A stretch of DNA of 64,000 bases, taken from NCBI GenBank assembly GCA_017540815.1, contig JAFYAI010000144.1:67705-131704 (forward strand), given 5' to 3'. The position numbers were made by a program, and so were the translations under genes. Positions 48,556-58,060 of this stretch are shown one piece after another. The first letter of the stretch is position 1. The number at the start of each line of letters is the position of its first letter. This stretch comes from Spirochaetales bacterium (GTDB lineage: Bacteria; Spirochaetota; GWE2-31-10; MWDO01). The notes under the pieces were generated by a model. The model made no database searches. It was given only the letters and a program-made list of their open reading frames with translations, and was not told the origin of the DNA.

Positions 48556-50172
48556 CTATTTGCCGCTGTCGCCGTAGTTGGAAAGAACTCTTGCACTCGG
48601 ATCGTTTACATTGCAGCCTTCCCATTCTTTGTTTGGCATCCAGAAATCTTTTATCATCTGAGATTGTCCGGGATAATATTTCTCGAAGATCTCACGATAC
48701 AAAAGCGATTCTTTGGTAAACGGCTGTGCATGCGTGTATTGTGTACGCTTTTCTTCAAATTCCTGATCCGAGTAATACTGCTGGGCATATTCTTTGAGGT
48801 CATTCACCATAGAATGTCCCACTGCGTCCGAGAAAGCGGCTTTTTCTCGCATCAGAATCTCCATCGGCAGATAGTCGCCGTCCTTAAATGCGTGACGAAG
48901 AAGATATTTCCCCTTGTTGTAGCGGTTCATCTTCATCTCAGGATTGATCGACATAACATAATGAACAAAATCCAGATCGCCAAAAGGCACTCGTGCTTCA
49001 AGCGAGTTTACTGAGATGCAACGGTCGGCACGAAGAACATCATACATGTGCAATTCGTGGACACGCTTTTGTGCTTCTTTTTGGAATGCGTCGGCATTCG
49101 GAGCGAAGTCCGTGTACTTGTATCCAAAAAGTTCGTCACTCACTTCACCTGTCAAAAGAACCCGAATGTCAGTATTTTCGCCAATCCACTTGCACAAAAG
49201 ATACATTCCCATACTCGCCCTGATTGTCGTGATGTCGAAAGTCCCCAACAGATAGATCACATTCTCAAGAGCGTCAAGAACATCTTTCTTTGTGATGATG
49301 ACTTCCGTGTGGTCAGTTTCCAAAAAATCCGCAGTCTGCTTTGCATATTTTAAGTCGATTGCATCTTTTTCCATTCCGATTGCAAAAGTCCTGATTGGTT
49401 TACCTGCATTTTTCTGCGAGCGGGCAGCAATCGAACAGACAAGCGACGAATCCAATCCTCCCGACAGCAGGAATCCGACTTTGGCATCTGCGACAAGACG
49501 CTTCTCAACTCCTGCAATTAGTTTTTCGCGAATAGAGTTGCAGACCGTCTCAATGTCGTCATTTATATAAGGCAAAGTCGGTTTTGAGATGTCGCAGTAA
49601 CAAATAAACTTGCCGTCCTTATAATAATGTCCCGGCGGGAAAGGCAATATTTCACCGCTTGCAATATCTGTTAAGAGTTTAGGCTCACTTGCAAAAAGAA
49701 TCCCGCCTTCGCTGTCGTAACCGTAATAAAGAGGTCTTATTCCGATTGGGTCTCTGGCAGCAATCCATTTTTTGTCTTGTGCGTCATAAATGACAAGGGC
49801 AAATTCAGCATCAAGTTTGTTAAACATTTGTGTGCCGTATTCACGATAAAGCGGCAGGAGAATCTCGCAGTCGCTTCCGCTTTTGAATGTCCAGCCCTTT
49901 GCGATTAAATTCTCTCGCATGCTTTCAAAACCGTAAATCTCGCCGTTGCAAACAGAATAAGAACCGTCCAATTCAAAAGGCTGCATCCCATTCGGACTGA
50001 GCCCCATAATCGAAAGCCGCTGAAATCCCATAAGACCTATCCGATCGCCATTGGCATCGGTAATTTCGATGATTCTGTCATCATCAGGTCCTCTGGAATG
50101 TGTTCTAAGCATTGCCTGTTTCATTTTTTGTTTGCTTGCAAATGTTCCGCACCAAGTCATAACGCAGCACAT
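48556..50172 (-). CDS. asnB: asparagine synthase (glutamine-hydrolysing)
   Basis: N-terminal MC.. Ntn amidotransferase, RGPD, NGEIY, PP-loop SGGLDSS. Confidence 0.9.
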   Translation of the reverse strand: MCCVMTWCGTFASKQKMKQAMLRTHSRGPDDDRIIEITDANGDRIGLMGFQRLSIMGLSPNGMQPFELDGSYSVCNGEIYGFESMRENLIAKGWTFKSGSDCEILLPLYREYGTQMFNKLDAEFALVIYDAQDKKWIAARDPIGIRPLYYGYDSEGGILFASEPKLLTDIASGEILPFPPGHYYKDGKFICYCDISKPTLPYINDDIETVCNSIREKLIAGVEKRLVADAKVGFLLSGGLDSSLVCSIAARSQKNAGKPIRTFAIGMEKDAIDLKYAKQTADFLETDHTEVIITKKDVLDALENVIYLLGTFDITTIRASMGMYLLCKWIGENTDIRVLLTGEVSDELFGYKYTDFAPNADAFQKEAQKRVHELHMYDVLRADRCISVNSLEARVPFGDLDFVHYVMSINPEMKMNRYNKGKYLLRHAFKDGDYLPMEILMREKAAFSDAVGHSMVNDLKEYAQQYYSDQEFEEKRTQYTHAQPFTKESLLYREIFEKYYPGQSQMIKDFWMPNKEWEGCNVNDPSARVLSNYGDSGK

Positions 50173-50229
50173 ATTTTTTTACCTCGCATTGAATGTTGTT
50201 GAATTATAGTCATTTTATTAAAAAAATTA

Positions 50230-50247
50230 AAATACTATTATTATTGG
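50230..50247 (+). promoter_or_regulatory. copy B of the conserved motif AAATACTATTATTATTGG, about 58 nt upstream of the asnB start
   Basis: See 35008. Lies between the glnA terminator and asnB, so it heads the asnB-purF-carA-carB unit. Confidence 0.55.
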
Positions 50248-50282
50248 ATAATAATATAAAAAAGGTATGGAATACCCATTAC

Positions 50283-50316
50283 ATAAAAACAGCGAGAGAA
50301 ATCTGTTCCCTCGCTA
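50283..50316 (-). terminator. rho-independent terminator after glnA
   Basis: agcgaggg-aacagattt-ctctcgct hairpin plus U-run on the minus strand, directly after the glnA stop at 50325. Confidence 0.55.
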
Positions 50317-50324
50317 TTTATGCT

Positions 50325-52424
50325 TTATCTCACTCCGTATAGCAAGTCACCATAAGTCGGGAACGGCCAAATGTCCTTTGGCGTTATAAGTTCAAGGCTA
50401 TCGGCGGCAGTGCGGATTTTTTCCATATCCGCCAAAACACTGTCGTGGAAGAATATGGCTTTTTTTGCAGGGTCACATTCTTCTGTCACTTTTGCCAAGT
50501 CGCTTTCGAGAACTTTTACACCTTCATATATCTCTTTTGTCAGCGAGCAGACTTCCTCAAATGTTTCAGCCTCGTAGCTTACATCGCAGCCGCTATATGC
50601 GGTCTGCATAGCACTAATCGTTTTCGACAGTGCAAGAGAGAATTTCTGTGCCGCAGGTAAAATCTGCTTCCTCGTCATATCAACCATTGTTGCAGCCTCA
50701 ATTCCCAAGATCTTTATGTAATTCTCATAGTGAATCTCATTTCTGGAAAGAAGCTCCACTTTTGAGTAAACACCGTGCTTTTCAAACAGGCGAATGTTCT
50801 TTTCTTCCATCGTGTGCTGCAACGCTTCCGGTGTTGAGCGAAGATTCAAAAGACCCCGTTTTTCAGCTTCCTTTACCCACGAATCATCGTATCCGTTTCC
50901 GTTAAAGATAATTCGCTTATGCTCACTGATGTTCTTGACAATCAATGCATGAAGATCGGCATTGAAGTCCTTTGACTTTTCAAGAATGTCGGCAGCCTGT
51001 TCAAGTTCTTCTGCCACTATTGTGTTGAGGAAAACATTCGCACAGGCAATCGATTCATTAGAACCGAGCATTCGGAACTCAAATTTGTTTCCGGTGAATG
51101 CAAACGGAGATGTTCTGTTTCTGTCGGTTGTGTCCTTGTTGAACTCAGGCAGGACAGAAACGCCAATCTGCATTTTTTCCTTGGCAGACTCGCCGTAAGG
51201 CTTGCCGGAAAGCAGTGCATCAAGAATACCCTGAAGCTCTTCACCCAAGAAAATCGAAATAATAGCCGGAGGTGCTTCGTTTGCTCCAAGTCTGTGGTCA
51301 TTTCCGGCACTCGCAACGGAAATACGAAGCAAATCCTGATATTCGTCAACGCCTTTTATAATAGCACTCAAGAACAACAAAAACTGTGCATTTTGGCTCG
51401 GTGTCGCACCCGGATCAAGCAGGTTTTTGCCTGTATTCGTAGAGATTGACCAGTTGTTGTGCTTGCCGCTGCCGTTCACACCTGCAAAAGGTTTTTCGTG
51501 AAGCAGACAAACCATCCCGTGCTTTGAAGCGGTCTTTCGCATAAGCTCCATAGTAAGCTGGTTGTGATCGCAGGCAAGGTTCGTCGTGCCAAATATCGGT
51601 GCCAATTCGTGCTGAGCAGGAGCAACTTCGTTGTGTTCTGTTTTCGCAAGAATTCCAAGTTTCCAAAGTTCCTTGTTCAGATCTTTCATAAATTCCTGAA
51701 CACGCGGCTTAATCATTCCAAAGTAATGATCTTCCAGTTCCTGTCCCTTTGGACTTTTTGCACCGAACAAAGTTCGACCGGTAAAGATTAAATCCTCACG
51801 CTTGTCATAAAGTGCTTTGTCCACCAAAAAATATTCCTGTTCCGGTCCGACGGTGGTTATAACATTCGTTACATCTTCATTGCCGGGGAAAAGGTGAAGA
51901 ACTCTAACCGCCTGTTTCTTAATCGCCTGCATTGAGCGAAGAAGCGGAGTTTTTTTATCCAATGCCTCACCGGTGTAAGAGCAGAATGCCGTCGGAATAC
52001 AAAGCGTGCCGTCCTTAATAAATGCGTAAGAAGTCGGATCCCATGCCGTGTAGCCTCGTGCCTCAAAAGTTGCTCGCAGACCTCCGCTCGGAAAACTTGA
52101 AGCGTCAGGCTCGCCCTGCACAAGCTCCTTGCCAGAAAATTCCATAATGACATTTCCGCCTGATGTCGGCTCAATAAACGAATCATGCTTTTCCGCAGTT
52201 GTTCCGGTCAGCGGCTGAAACCAGTGAGTAAAATGTGTAGCCCCATTTTCAATAGCCCAGTCTTTCATCGCATTGGCAACAACTGTTGCAACACTGCCGT
52301 CCAGTTTTTCACCGAGTGTAATCGTCTTCATCAGTGCCTTGAAAGTTTCCTTAGGCAGCCGGGACTTCATCACGCTCTCGTTAAATACCATACTTCCAAA
52401 TATCTCTGTAACTTCAGAACCCAT
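50325..52424 (-). CDS. glnA: glutamine synthetase type III
   Basis: 699 aa. [24 protein letters not shown] block matches the GSIII N-terminal region. Far larger than GSI. Confidence 0.85.
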   Translation of the reverse strand: MGSEVTEIFGSMVFNESVMKSRLPKETFKALMKTITLGEKLDGSVATVVANAMKDWAIENGATHFTHWFQPLTGTTAEKHDSFIEPTSGGNVIMEFSGKELVQGEPDASSFPSGGLRATFEARGYTAWDPTSYAFIKDGTLCIPTAFCSYTGEALDKKTPLLRSMQAIKKQAVRVLHLFPGNEDVTNVITTVGPEQEYFLVDKALYDKREDLIFTGRTLFGAKSPKGQELEDHYFGMIKPRVQEFMKDLNKELWKLGILAKTEHNEVAPAQHELAPIFGTTNLACDHNQLTMELMRKTASKHGMVCLLHEKPFAGVNGSGKHNNWSISTNTGKNLLDPGATPSQNAQFLLFLSAIIKGVDEYQDLLRISVASAGNDHRLGANEAPPAIISIFLGEELQGILDALLSGKPYGESAKEKMQIGVSVLPEFNKDTTDRNRTSPFAFTGNKFEFRMLGSNESIACANVFLNTIVAEELEQAADILEKSKDFNADLHALIVKNISEHKRIIFNGNGYDDSWVKEAEKRGLLNLRSTPEALQHTMEEKNIRLFEKHGVYSKVELLSRNEIHYENYIKILGIEAATMVDMTRKQILPAAQKFSLALSKTISAMQTAYSGCDVSYEAETFEEVCSLTKEIYEGVKVLESDLAKVTEECDPAKKAIFFHDSVLADMEKIRTAADSLELITPKDIWPFPTYGDLLYGVR

Positions 52425-52482
52425 ATATTCCTCCTGATTTTTTTATTACGAGGCTGATTATAGCGGATTATCGTTAAATACG

Positions 52483-52499
52483 CAAATACTATTATTATT
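52483..52499 (+). promoter_or_regulatory. copy C of the conserved motif AAATACTATTATTATTA, about 60 nt upstream of the glnA start
   Basis: See 35008. Confidence 0.55.
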
Positions 52500-52646
52500 A
52501 ATAAATGATACCTATTAGGTATTGTAAATTTTCTATATATTTCTTAAACAAAACACTTTTCATTTAAAAAAAAATGTGCTATCATACCGCTCGGTTATGC
52601 GGCAGCTTTTAAGCGGTCAGTTCGTTCACAATTGGAGGCAACATTT

Positions 52647-53870
52647 ATGAATGTAGTAGTTATCGGTGCACAGTGGGGAGATGAAGGTAAAGGCAAAATC
52701 GTAGATTACCTTGCAGAAGATGCAGACTATGTGGTTCGTTATGCCGGCGGACCGAATGCGGGGCATACAATCGTTGTAGGCGGGAAGCAATTTGCACTTC
52801 ATCAGGTTCCGAGCGGCATTCTTTATCCGAACAAAACTGTTTTCTTGGGAAGCGGAATGGTTATCGATGCCGAAGCTCTTTTTGCGGAGCTTCAGATGCT
52901 CAAAGACAACGGCATTAACTGGGAAGGCAGAGTTTTTATCTCGGATCGGGCACACTTGATCCTGCCGCATTACAGAGCATTGGACAAAGAACGCGATGCT
53001 CACAGAAAGCACCCAATCGGAACTACAGGACGCGGAATGGGCATTGCTTATGCCGAGAAAGCATACCGCGACGGAGTCCGTCTTGCCGACTTGGATTGGG
53101 CAGAAAAAATGTCCGAGTATGACGATGAAGACAAAGAATATCTGGACAAATATCGTGACAGCCTTATTAAAATGAGAGTAAATCTTACCGCCAAATTATT
53201 CGCAGACCGCAAAAAGAACTTCCTGTTTGAAGGTGCACAGGGAGCAATGCTTGACTTGGATGCAGGAACTTATCCTTATGTCTCCAGCGGGATGAGCTGT
53301 GCTGCCGGGGCTGCCTGCGGAAGCGGTATCGGTCCGAAAAGTCTTGACAAAGTCTTGGGCGTGTTCAAAGCATATACTACCAGAGTCGGCAACGGTCCTT
53401 TGCCCACAGAATTTGACGAGGACAGTCAGAGCGAACTTTACAGATTTGTCCGTGAGACAGGACGCGAATACGGCGTTACAACAGGCAGACCTCGCCGCTG
53501 CGGATACCTGGATTTGGTCGCACTCCGATATGCCTGCCGCACCAACTCACTTGACGGGCTTGTGCTTACGCACTTAGACATTTACGACACGCTCGACGAG
53601 ATTGAAGCGTGCACGGCTTATGACATTGACGGGCAGGTTGTAACGGATTTCCCGGCAAGCATTGAAGAATTAAACCGGGCAAAACCTGTCTTGGAAAAAT
53701 TTACCGGCTGGAAAAAAGAGCTTAAAGGCACGCAGGATTACGATCAGTTGCCCAAAGAAGCCCGCAAATATGTAGAGTTTATCGAAGCATACACGGAAAC
53801 GCCTGTAGACATTATCTCTGTAGGCTACGAGCGAAACGATACATTTATCCGTAAGCCGGTATGGGAATAG
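52647..53870 (+). CDS. purA: adenylosuccinate synthetase
   Basis: GAQWGDEGKGK P-loop, GPNAGHT, TTGRGIG-like motifs. GGAGG RBS before ATG at 52647. Confidence 0.95.
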   Translation: MNVVVIGAQWGDEGKGKIVDYLAEDADYVVRYAGGPNAGHTIVVGGKQFALHQVPSGILYPNKTVFLGSGMVIDAEALFAELQMLKDNGINWEGRVFISDRAHLILPHYRALDKERDAHRKHPIGTTGRGMGIAYAEKAYRDGVRLADLDWAEKMSEYDDEDKEYLDKYRDSLIKMRVNLTAKLFADRKKNFLFEGAQGAMLDLDAGTYPYVSSGMSCAAGAACGSGIGPKSLDKVLGVFKAYTTRVGNGPLPTEFDEDSQSELYRFVRETGREYGVTTGRPRRCGYLDLVALRYACRTNSLDGLVLTHLDIYDTLDEIEACTAYDIDGQVVTDFPASIEELNRAKPVLEKFTGWKKELKGTQDYDQLPKEARKYVEFIEAYTETPVDIISVGYERNDTFIRKPVWE

Positions 53871-53882
53871 GCAAAAATAATC

Positions 53883-53911
53883 TTGACTTTTTAATTCAGA
53901 TTTTATATTAT
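53883..53911 (+). promoter_or_regulatory. sigma70-like promoter TTGACT-17-TATTAT for alaS
   Basis: Seen directly. The -10 overlaps the left arm of the palindrome at 53907. Confidence 0.5.
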
Positions 53912-53958
53912 AATTGGGAGAATTGCGGGCAAATACCCGCAATTCTCCCAATTATAAT
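53907..53958. promoter_or_regulatory. 24-bp perfect inverted repeat (tattataattgggagaattgcggg-caaata-cccgcaattctcccaattataata) covering the -10 and predicted TSS of alaS
   Basis: Seen directly. Ends 15 nt before the alaS ATG. No U-tract follows, so operator-like rather than terminator-like. Confidence 0.6.
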
Positions 53959-53973
53959 AATAAGGATTCTACT

Positions 53974-55761
53974 ATGGACTTCAAAGAATTACGCAATAAA
54001 TATGTTTCATTCTTCGAGAGCAAGGGACATAAACATATATCATCTTCGTCGCTGATACCTGAGAATGACCCGACTGTTTTATTTACAACAGCAGGTATGC
54101 ATCCGCTCGTACCGTATCTGCTGGGGCAGCCTCATCCGGAAGGCAAGAGACTTGTCGATTGGCAGAAGTGTATCCGCACAGGCGACATTGACGATGTAGG
54201 CGATCCGGCTCACCTGACATTCTTCGAGATGTTGGGCAACTGGTCATTGGGCGACTATTTCAAGAAGGAAGCTATCAGTTGGTCGTATGAGTTCCTTATT
54301 AAAGAATTGGGATTCAAACCGGAGCAGCTCCATGTGACTGTATTTGAAGGCGATGCAGACGCTCCGCGTGATGAAGAGTCCGCAGGATATTGGGAAAGTT
54401 TAGGCATTCCGAAAGAACGCATTCACTTCAAGCCGAAAGAAGACAACTGGTGGGGACCTGCCGGCACAACAGGACCGTGCGGTCCTGATACCGAGATGTT
54501 TATCGACACCGGTTTGCCTGCCTGCTCCGACAAGTGCGGACCGGGATGTCACTGCGGCAAATATATCGAGATCTGGAACAATGTATTCATGCAGTATAAC
54601 AAACAGGAAGACGGTACATTCATACCTCTGTCACAGAAAAATGTCGATACAGGCATGGGTATCGAGCGAACAGTCGCAATGCTGTCCGGCAAAAAAAGCG
54701 TTTATGAGACTGATATTTTTAAACCGATTATCAATAAGATCGAGCAGCTATCGGGCACGACTTACGGCAGCGATGAAGATACTTCAAGAGCAATCCGCAT
54801 TATCGCTGACCATATAAGAACGGCGACATTTATAATCGGAGATGAGCGCGGCATATCTCCGTCTAATGTCGGTGCAGGCTATGTGCTTCGACGATTGATA
54901 AGACGCTCTGTCCGATTCGGCAAGAAACTCGGCATTAACAAAGCATTCTTAGCTGACATTGCACAAGTCGTTATCGATATGATGAGTCAGTTTTATCCTG
55001 AGCTGATTCAGAACAAGCAGCGGATCTTCGACGAGTTGTCTGCCGAAGAAGCTAAATTCGAGACGACGCTGCAGACAGGTCTCAATGAGTTTAACAAAGT
55101 TGCAGGCAAACTTGCCGAGCATAATCAGACAGGCATATCCGGCAAAACGGCATTCAAGCTCTATGATACTTACGGATTTCCATTGGAACTCACGCTGGAG
55201 CTTGCCAAAGAGAAGAATATGACTGTCGATGTTGACGGATTCAACGAACAGTACACCAAACACAAAGAAGAGTCCAGAACCGCCTCTAAAGGCACATTCA
55301 AGGCAGGACTTGCCGATCATGCAGAAGAGACGACTAATCTGCACAGTGCCACTCACCTGCTCCATGCCGCTCTGCGAAAAGTCTTGGGTGATCATGTGCA
55401 GCAGAAAGGCTCCAACATTACTCAGGAGCGGCTGCGATTTGACTTCTCTCATCCGCAGAAAGTTACGCCCGAACAGCTTAAAGAAGTCGAAGACCTCGTA
55501 AATGAGCAGATTCAGAAAAAAATGCCTATTACTATGGAAGTAATGACTCTCGAAGAAGCCAAAGCTCAGGGGGCACTGGCATTCTTCACAAGCAAATACG
55601 GCGAAAAAGTCAAAGTCTATACGATGGGCGACTTCTCCAAAGAAGTCTGCGGCGGTCCGCATGCTCAGAACACAGGCGACTTGGGCAGGTTCGTCATTAA
55701 GAAAGAAGAAGCCTCCTCAGCCGGCGTGCGCCGAATCAAAGCTGTGCTTGTAAAAGAATAA
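53974..55761 (+). CDS. alaS: alanine--tRNA ligase, short spirochaete-type form (~596 aa, no C-Ala domain)
   Basis: Class II catalytic core. Editing domain HxxxH (HSATHLLH) and CxxxH (CGGPH). Ends right after the editing domain. Confidence 0.9.
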   Translation: MDFKELRNKYVSFFESKGHKHISSSSLIPENDPTVLFTTAGMHPLVPYLLGQPHPEGKRLVDWQKCIRTGDIDDVGDPAHLTFFEMLGNWSLGDYFKKEAISWSYEFLIKELGFKPEQLHVTVFEGDADAPRDEESAGYWESLGIPKERIHFKPKEDNWWGPAGTTGPCGPDTEMFIDTGLPACSDKCGPGCHCGKYIEIWNNVFMQYNKQEDGTFIPLSQKNVDTGMGIERTVAMLSGKKSVYETDIFKPIINKIEQLSGTTYGSDEDTSRAIRIIADHIRTATFIIGDERGISPSNVGAGYVLRRLIRRSVRFGKKLGINKAFLADIAQVVIDMMSQFYPELIQNKQRIFDELSAEEAKFETTLQTGLNEFNKVAGKLAEHNQTGISGKTAFKLYDTYGFPLELTLELAKEKNMTVDVDGFNEQYTKHKEESRTASKGTFKAGLADHAEETTNLHSATHLLHAALRKVLGDHVQQKGSNITQERLRFDFSHPQKVTPEQLKEVEDLVNEQIQKKMPITMEVMTLEEAKAQGALAFFTSKYGEKVKVYTMGDFSKEVCGGPHAQNTGDLGRFVIKKEEASSAGVRRIKAVLVKE

Positions 55762-55786
55762 AACCGTGATTAGATGTTATTAATAG

Positions 55787-55822
55787 AAAAAAAGGATTTT
55801 GTTTTGTGCAAAATCCTTTTTT
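55787..55822. terminator. bidirectional rho-independent terminator
   Basis: aaaaaaggattttg-ttttgtg-caaaatcctttttt. Between convergent alaS (+) and 55839..56882 (-). Confidence 0.75.
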
Positions 55823-55838
55823 AAGTTATATTATCTTA

Positions 55839-56882
55839 TCATTCAGATCGGTATAACTTCCAATTTAGTATCCCGTCTCCGTCGCTGTCTATCGTCTCTA
55901 TACGATAGAAGTCTCCGCTGCACTGCCCTGCTCCGAGCCAAGCATAGCCGTCCTTGATGACTGTCAGACCGCTGCCCTCAAACTCAGGTATAGGTTTAGA
56001 CCGGGCAGTGAGCTGATTATCTGATTTGCGGATAACACGGATATTGCCCCAATGCCCTCCGATATAGATATACTCGTCATCTTCGGCAATACAGTCCGGC
56101 ATCACATCCAGCTTGGTAATATATCTCAGATCCTCAGGCTCAAAACTAACCGCCTCATGAAGATACACACCGCCTTCCGCCGAATGTTCCGAAACGAGAT
56201 ATTTATTACAATACATCTCAAGCGGACAGTAGTCATACTCAAGAGATATTGCATATTGCTTCGTAAAATTATATATTGTATAATTCATATTCGACACAGC
56301 ATTATCTGCCGCAGATCCGATATAATTAACAGAATACAAACTGCCATTACTCTCAATAAATGCCGAACTGACAGCTCCATAAGTCTTTACTTCATTTAAT
56401 TGACCGGACTTTGCATCATAGCAAAATGTCTGAGTATGATTATAGTCATTTGTAAAATATAATTTTCCATTATATATATTATTATCCCATATCGGATCAT
56501 TATATATCTCAACACATCTCCCCGTCAAAGTATCTAAACCGACAACTGACGACAAAAAACTTACATAACAGATATTGCTTTCAGCAGAACGAACGAAACT
56601 TTTAAAGAAGCCGGCATTAAACTGATAAGTTTGTTTGACCTCACTTGTCTTGGTATCAATCGCTATTATCTCTGATTTGTTAGCATACCACCTTGTATTG
56701 TCTATCAGCACCATATCTGCCGTATTATCCAGCGGCTTGAATGTCGGCAGTGCATAACCGCCACTGCAACTGCAGGTAAACATAACAGGGAGTAAAACCG
56801 ATAAATATATTATTTTTTTCAATATTATTGTCATATTTGCTAAATCTGTGTCACCATTATGGAATGACCACCTGTATGACAT
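55839..56882 (-). CDS. hypothetical lipoprotein, Tyr/Asn-rich (beta-propeller-like composition)
   Basis: Signal peptide with FTCSCSG lipobox-like site. 347 aa. Confidence 0.55.
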   Translation of the reverse strand: MSYRWSFHNGDTDLANMTIILKKIIYLSVLLPVMFTCSCSGGYALPTFKPLDNTADMVLIDNTRWYANKSEIIAIDTKTSEVKQTYQFNAGFFKSFVRSAESNICYVSFLSSVVGLDTLTGRCVEIYNDPIWDNNIYNGKLYFTNDYNHTQTFCYDAKSGQLNEVKTYGAVSSAFIESNGSLYSVNYIGSAADNAVSNMNYTIYNFTKQYAISLEYDYCPLEMYCNKYLVSEHSAEGGVYLHEAVSFEPEDLRYITKLDVMPDCIAEDDEYIYIGGHWGNIRVIRKSDNQLTARSKPIPEFEGSGLTVIKDGYAWLGAGQCSGDFYRIETIDSDGDGILNWKLYRSE

Positions 56883-57033
56883 AATACATTACTTTGGGCA
56901 ATCGGTCAATACCGTAAAATATGTCAAATCTGTCAAAACATATCACGACAGATCGGGAAATATGTCGAAATATGTCATTTTGTGGATGAAATACATATAT
57001 AATATTATTAAATGAAAAGAATGGCCGAATATT

Positions 57034-58041
57034 TTACGGATTGTCCTGCTTATATTTTGCTCTTAGGGCTTCTCTGTTGGTTACTTTGGCATTTTTCATT
57101 AAACGAGACAATGTTATATTGACACTGTTCTCCGTAGCATTATCAGGCATGTGCTGCAGGATACATTTCGTTATGACAGTGTTATGGTCGCACATAATGT
57201 CCAGTATCCGAGTCTCACGATGCGTTAAGAATGCAGCATTCAATACAGACGCTGACGGATCTGCTTCCGCATCCGGCTGCACTGACAGAGATATATCTTC
57301 TGCCGGAGTTTGGTCATTTTCTGTATCAGACTGGACTTCCAGCGAATCAAGCTGCCGGATAATATAATGCAGCCGAACAATCGACACTGTGATATATGTA
57401 CCGAGATACACAATGATGCCGCCGCCGCATAAGTAAACATACTGAGAGCCTCGCAGATTAAGGATCAGCGACACAATCAGAGTCCCAAGCATGACGAAAG
57501 CGGCTATAAGCAATATCCTGTTATGCAGAGTGATCTCTCTGCGGCTTCTGACGAAATAGTAAAATGCCATAACTACAGACATGATACCTATAACCAGCAT
57601 CGCGATATAAAAAAACTGCATATAATAATGTTCCTTATGATATCGCATCATTGCCGCAACTATGAGCACAAGCAATTCTGTAAGCATAAATACACCGCAT
57701 TCAAAGCGGAACCTCTGATTGGGGATGATATTCATCAGGAAGCTGACTGCACACCATACAGACAATACCAAACTCGCTGCATAAATGATCAGTGCCCAGC
57801 CGTGCGTCAAATCATCTATGAAATAAGCCGAACCGGAACAATGGCGTATTATGGTGCATACAGCGTAAAAGAACACCAAGCCGGCGATATACGACTGCCT
57901 AACATTGTCATGCAGAAGCCACCGAAAGACTAAAGCGAACACCAGTAAAACTAAAATAAAAATAAATAAAATCACATACGGCATGACTTCTCCAAGAGAT
58001 GCTGATACCGTAAGTATATCATAAATTAAACAAAAAAGCAA
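57034..58041 (-). CDS. membrane-embedded LuxR/GerE-family regulator (N-terminal polytopic membrane domain plus C-terminal HTH)
   Basis: Six or more hydrophobic helices in the first 210 aa. C-terminal RETRILDIMCDHNTV...PDNATENSVNITLSRLMKNAKVTNREAL matches the GerE HTH pattern. Confidence 0.6.
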   Translation of the reverse strand: MLFCLIYDILTVSASLGEVMPYVILFIFILVLLVFALVFRWLLHDNVRQSYIAGLVFFYAVCTIIRHCSGSAYFIDDLTHGWALIIYAASLVLSVWCAVSFLMNIIPNQRFRFECGVFMLTELLVLIVAAMMRYHKEHYYMQFFYIAMLVIGIMSVVMAFYYFVRSRREITLHNRILLIAAFVMLGTLIVSLILNLRGSQYVYLCGGGIIVYLGTYITVSIVRLHYIIRQLDSLEVQSDTENDQTPAEDISLSVQPDAEADPSASVLNAAFLTHRETRILDIMCDHNTVITKCILQHMPDNATENSVNITLSRLMKNAKVTNREALRAKYKQDNP

Positions 58042-58060
58042 AAAGATTTTTCTGAAAATG

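Noticed and set aside
53974-55761. AlaRS only ~596 aa with no C-terminal C-Ala domain: possible truncation or pseudogene
   Set aside because: The ORF is intact with both editing-domain signatures and is followed by a clean terminator. Short AlaRS forms of about 590-610 aa are, to my recollection, characteristic of spirochaetes. It is treated as native, not truncated.
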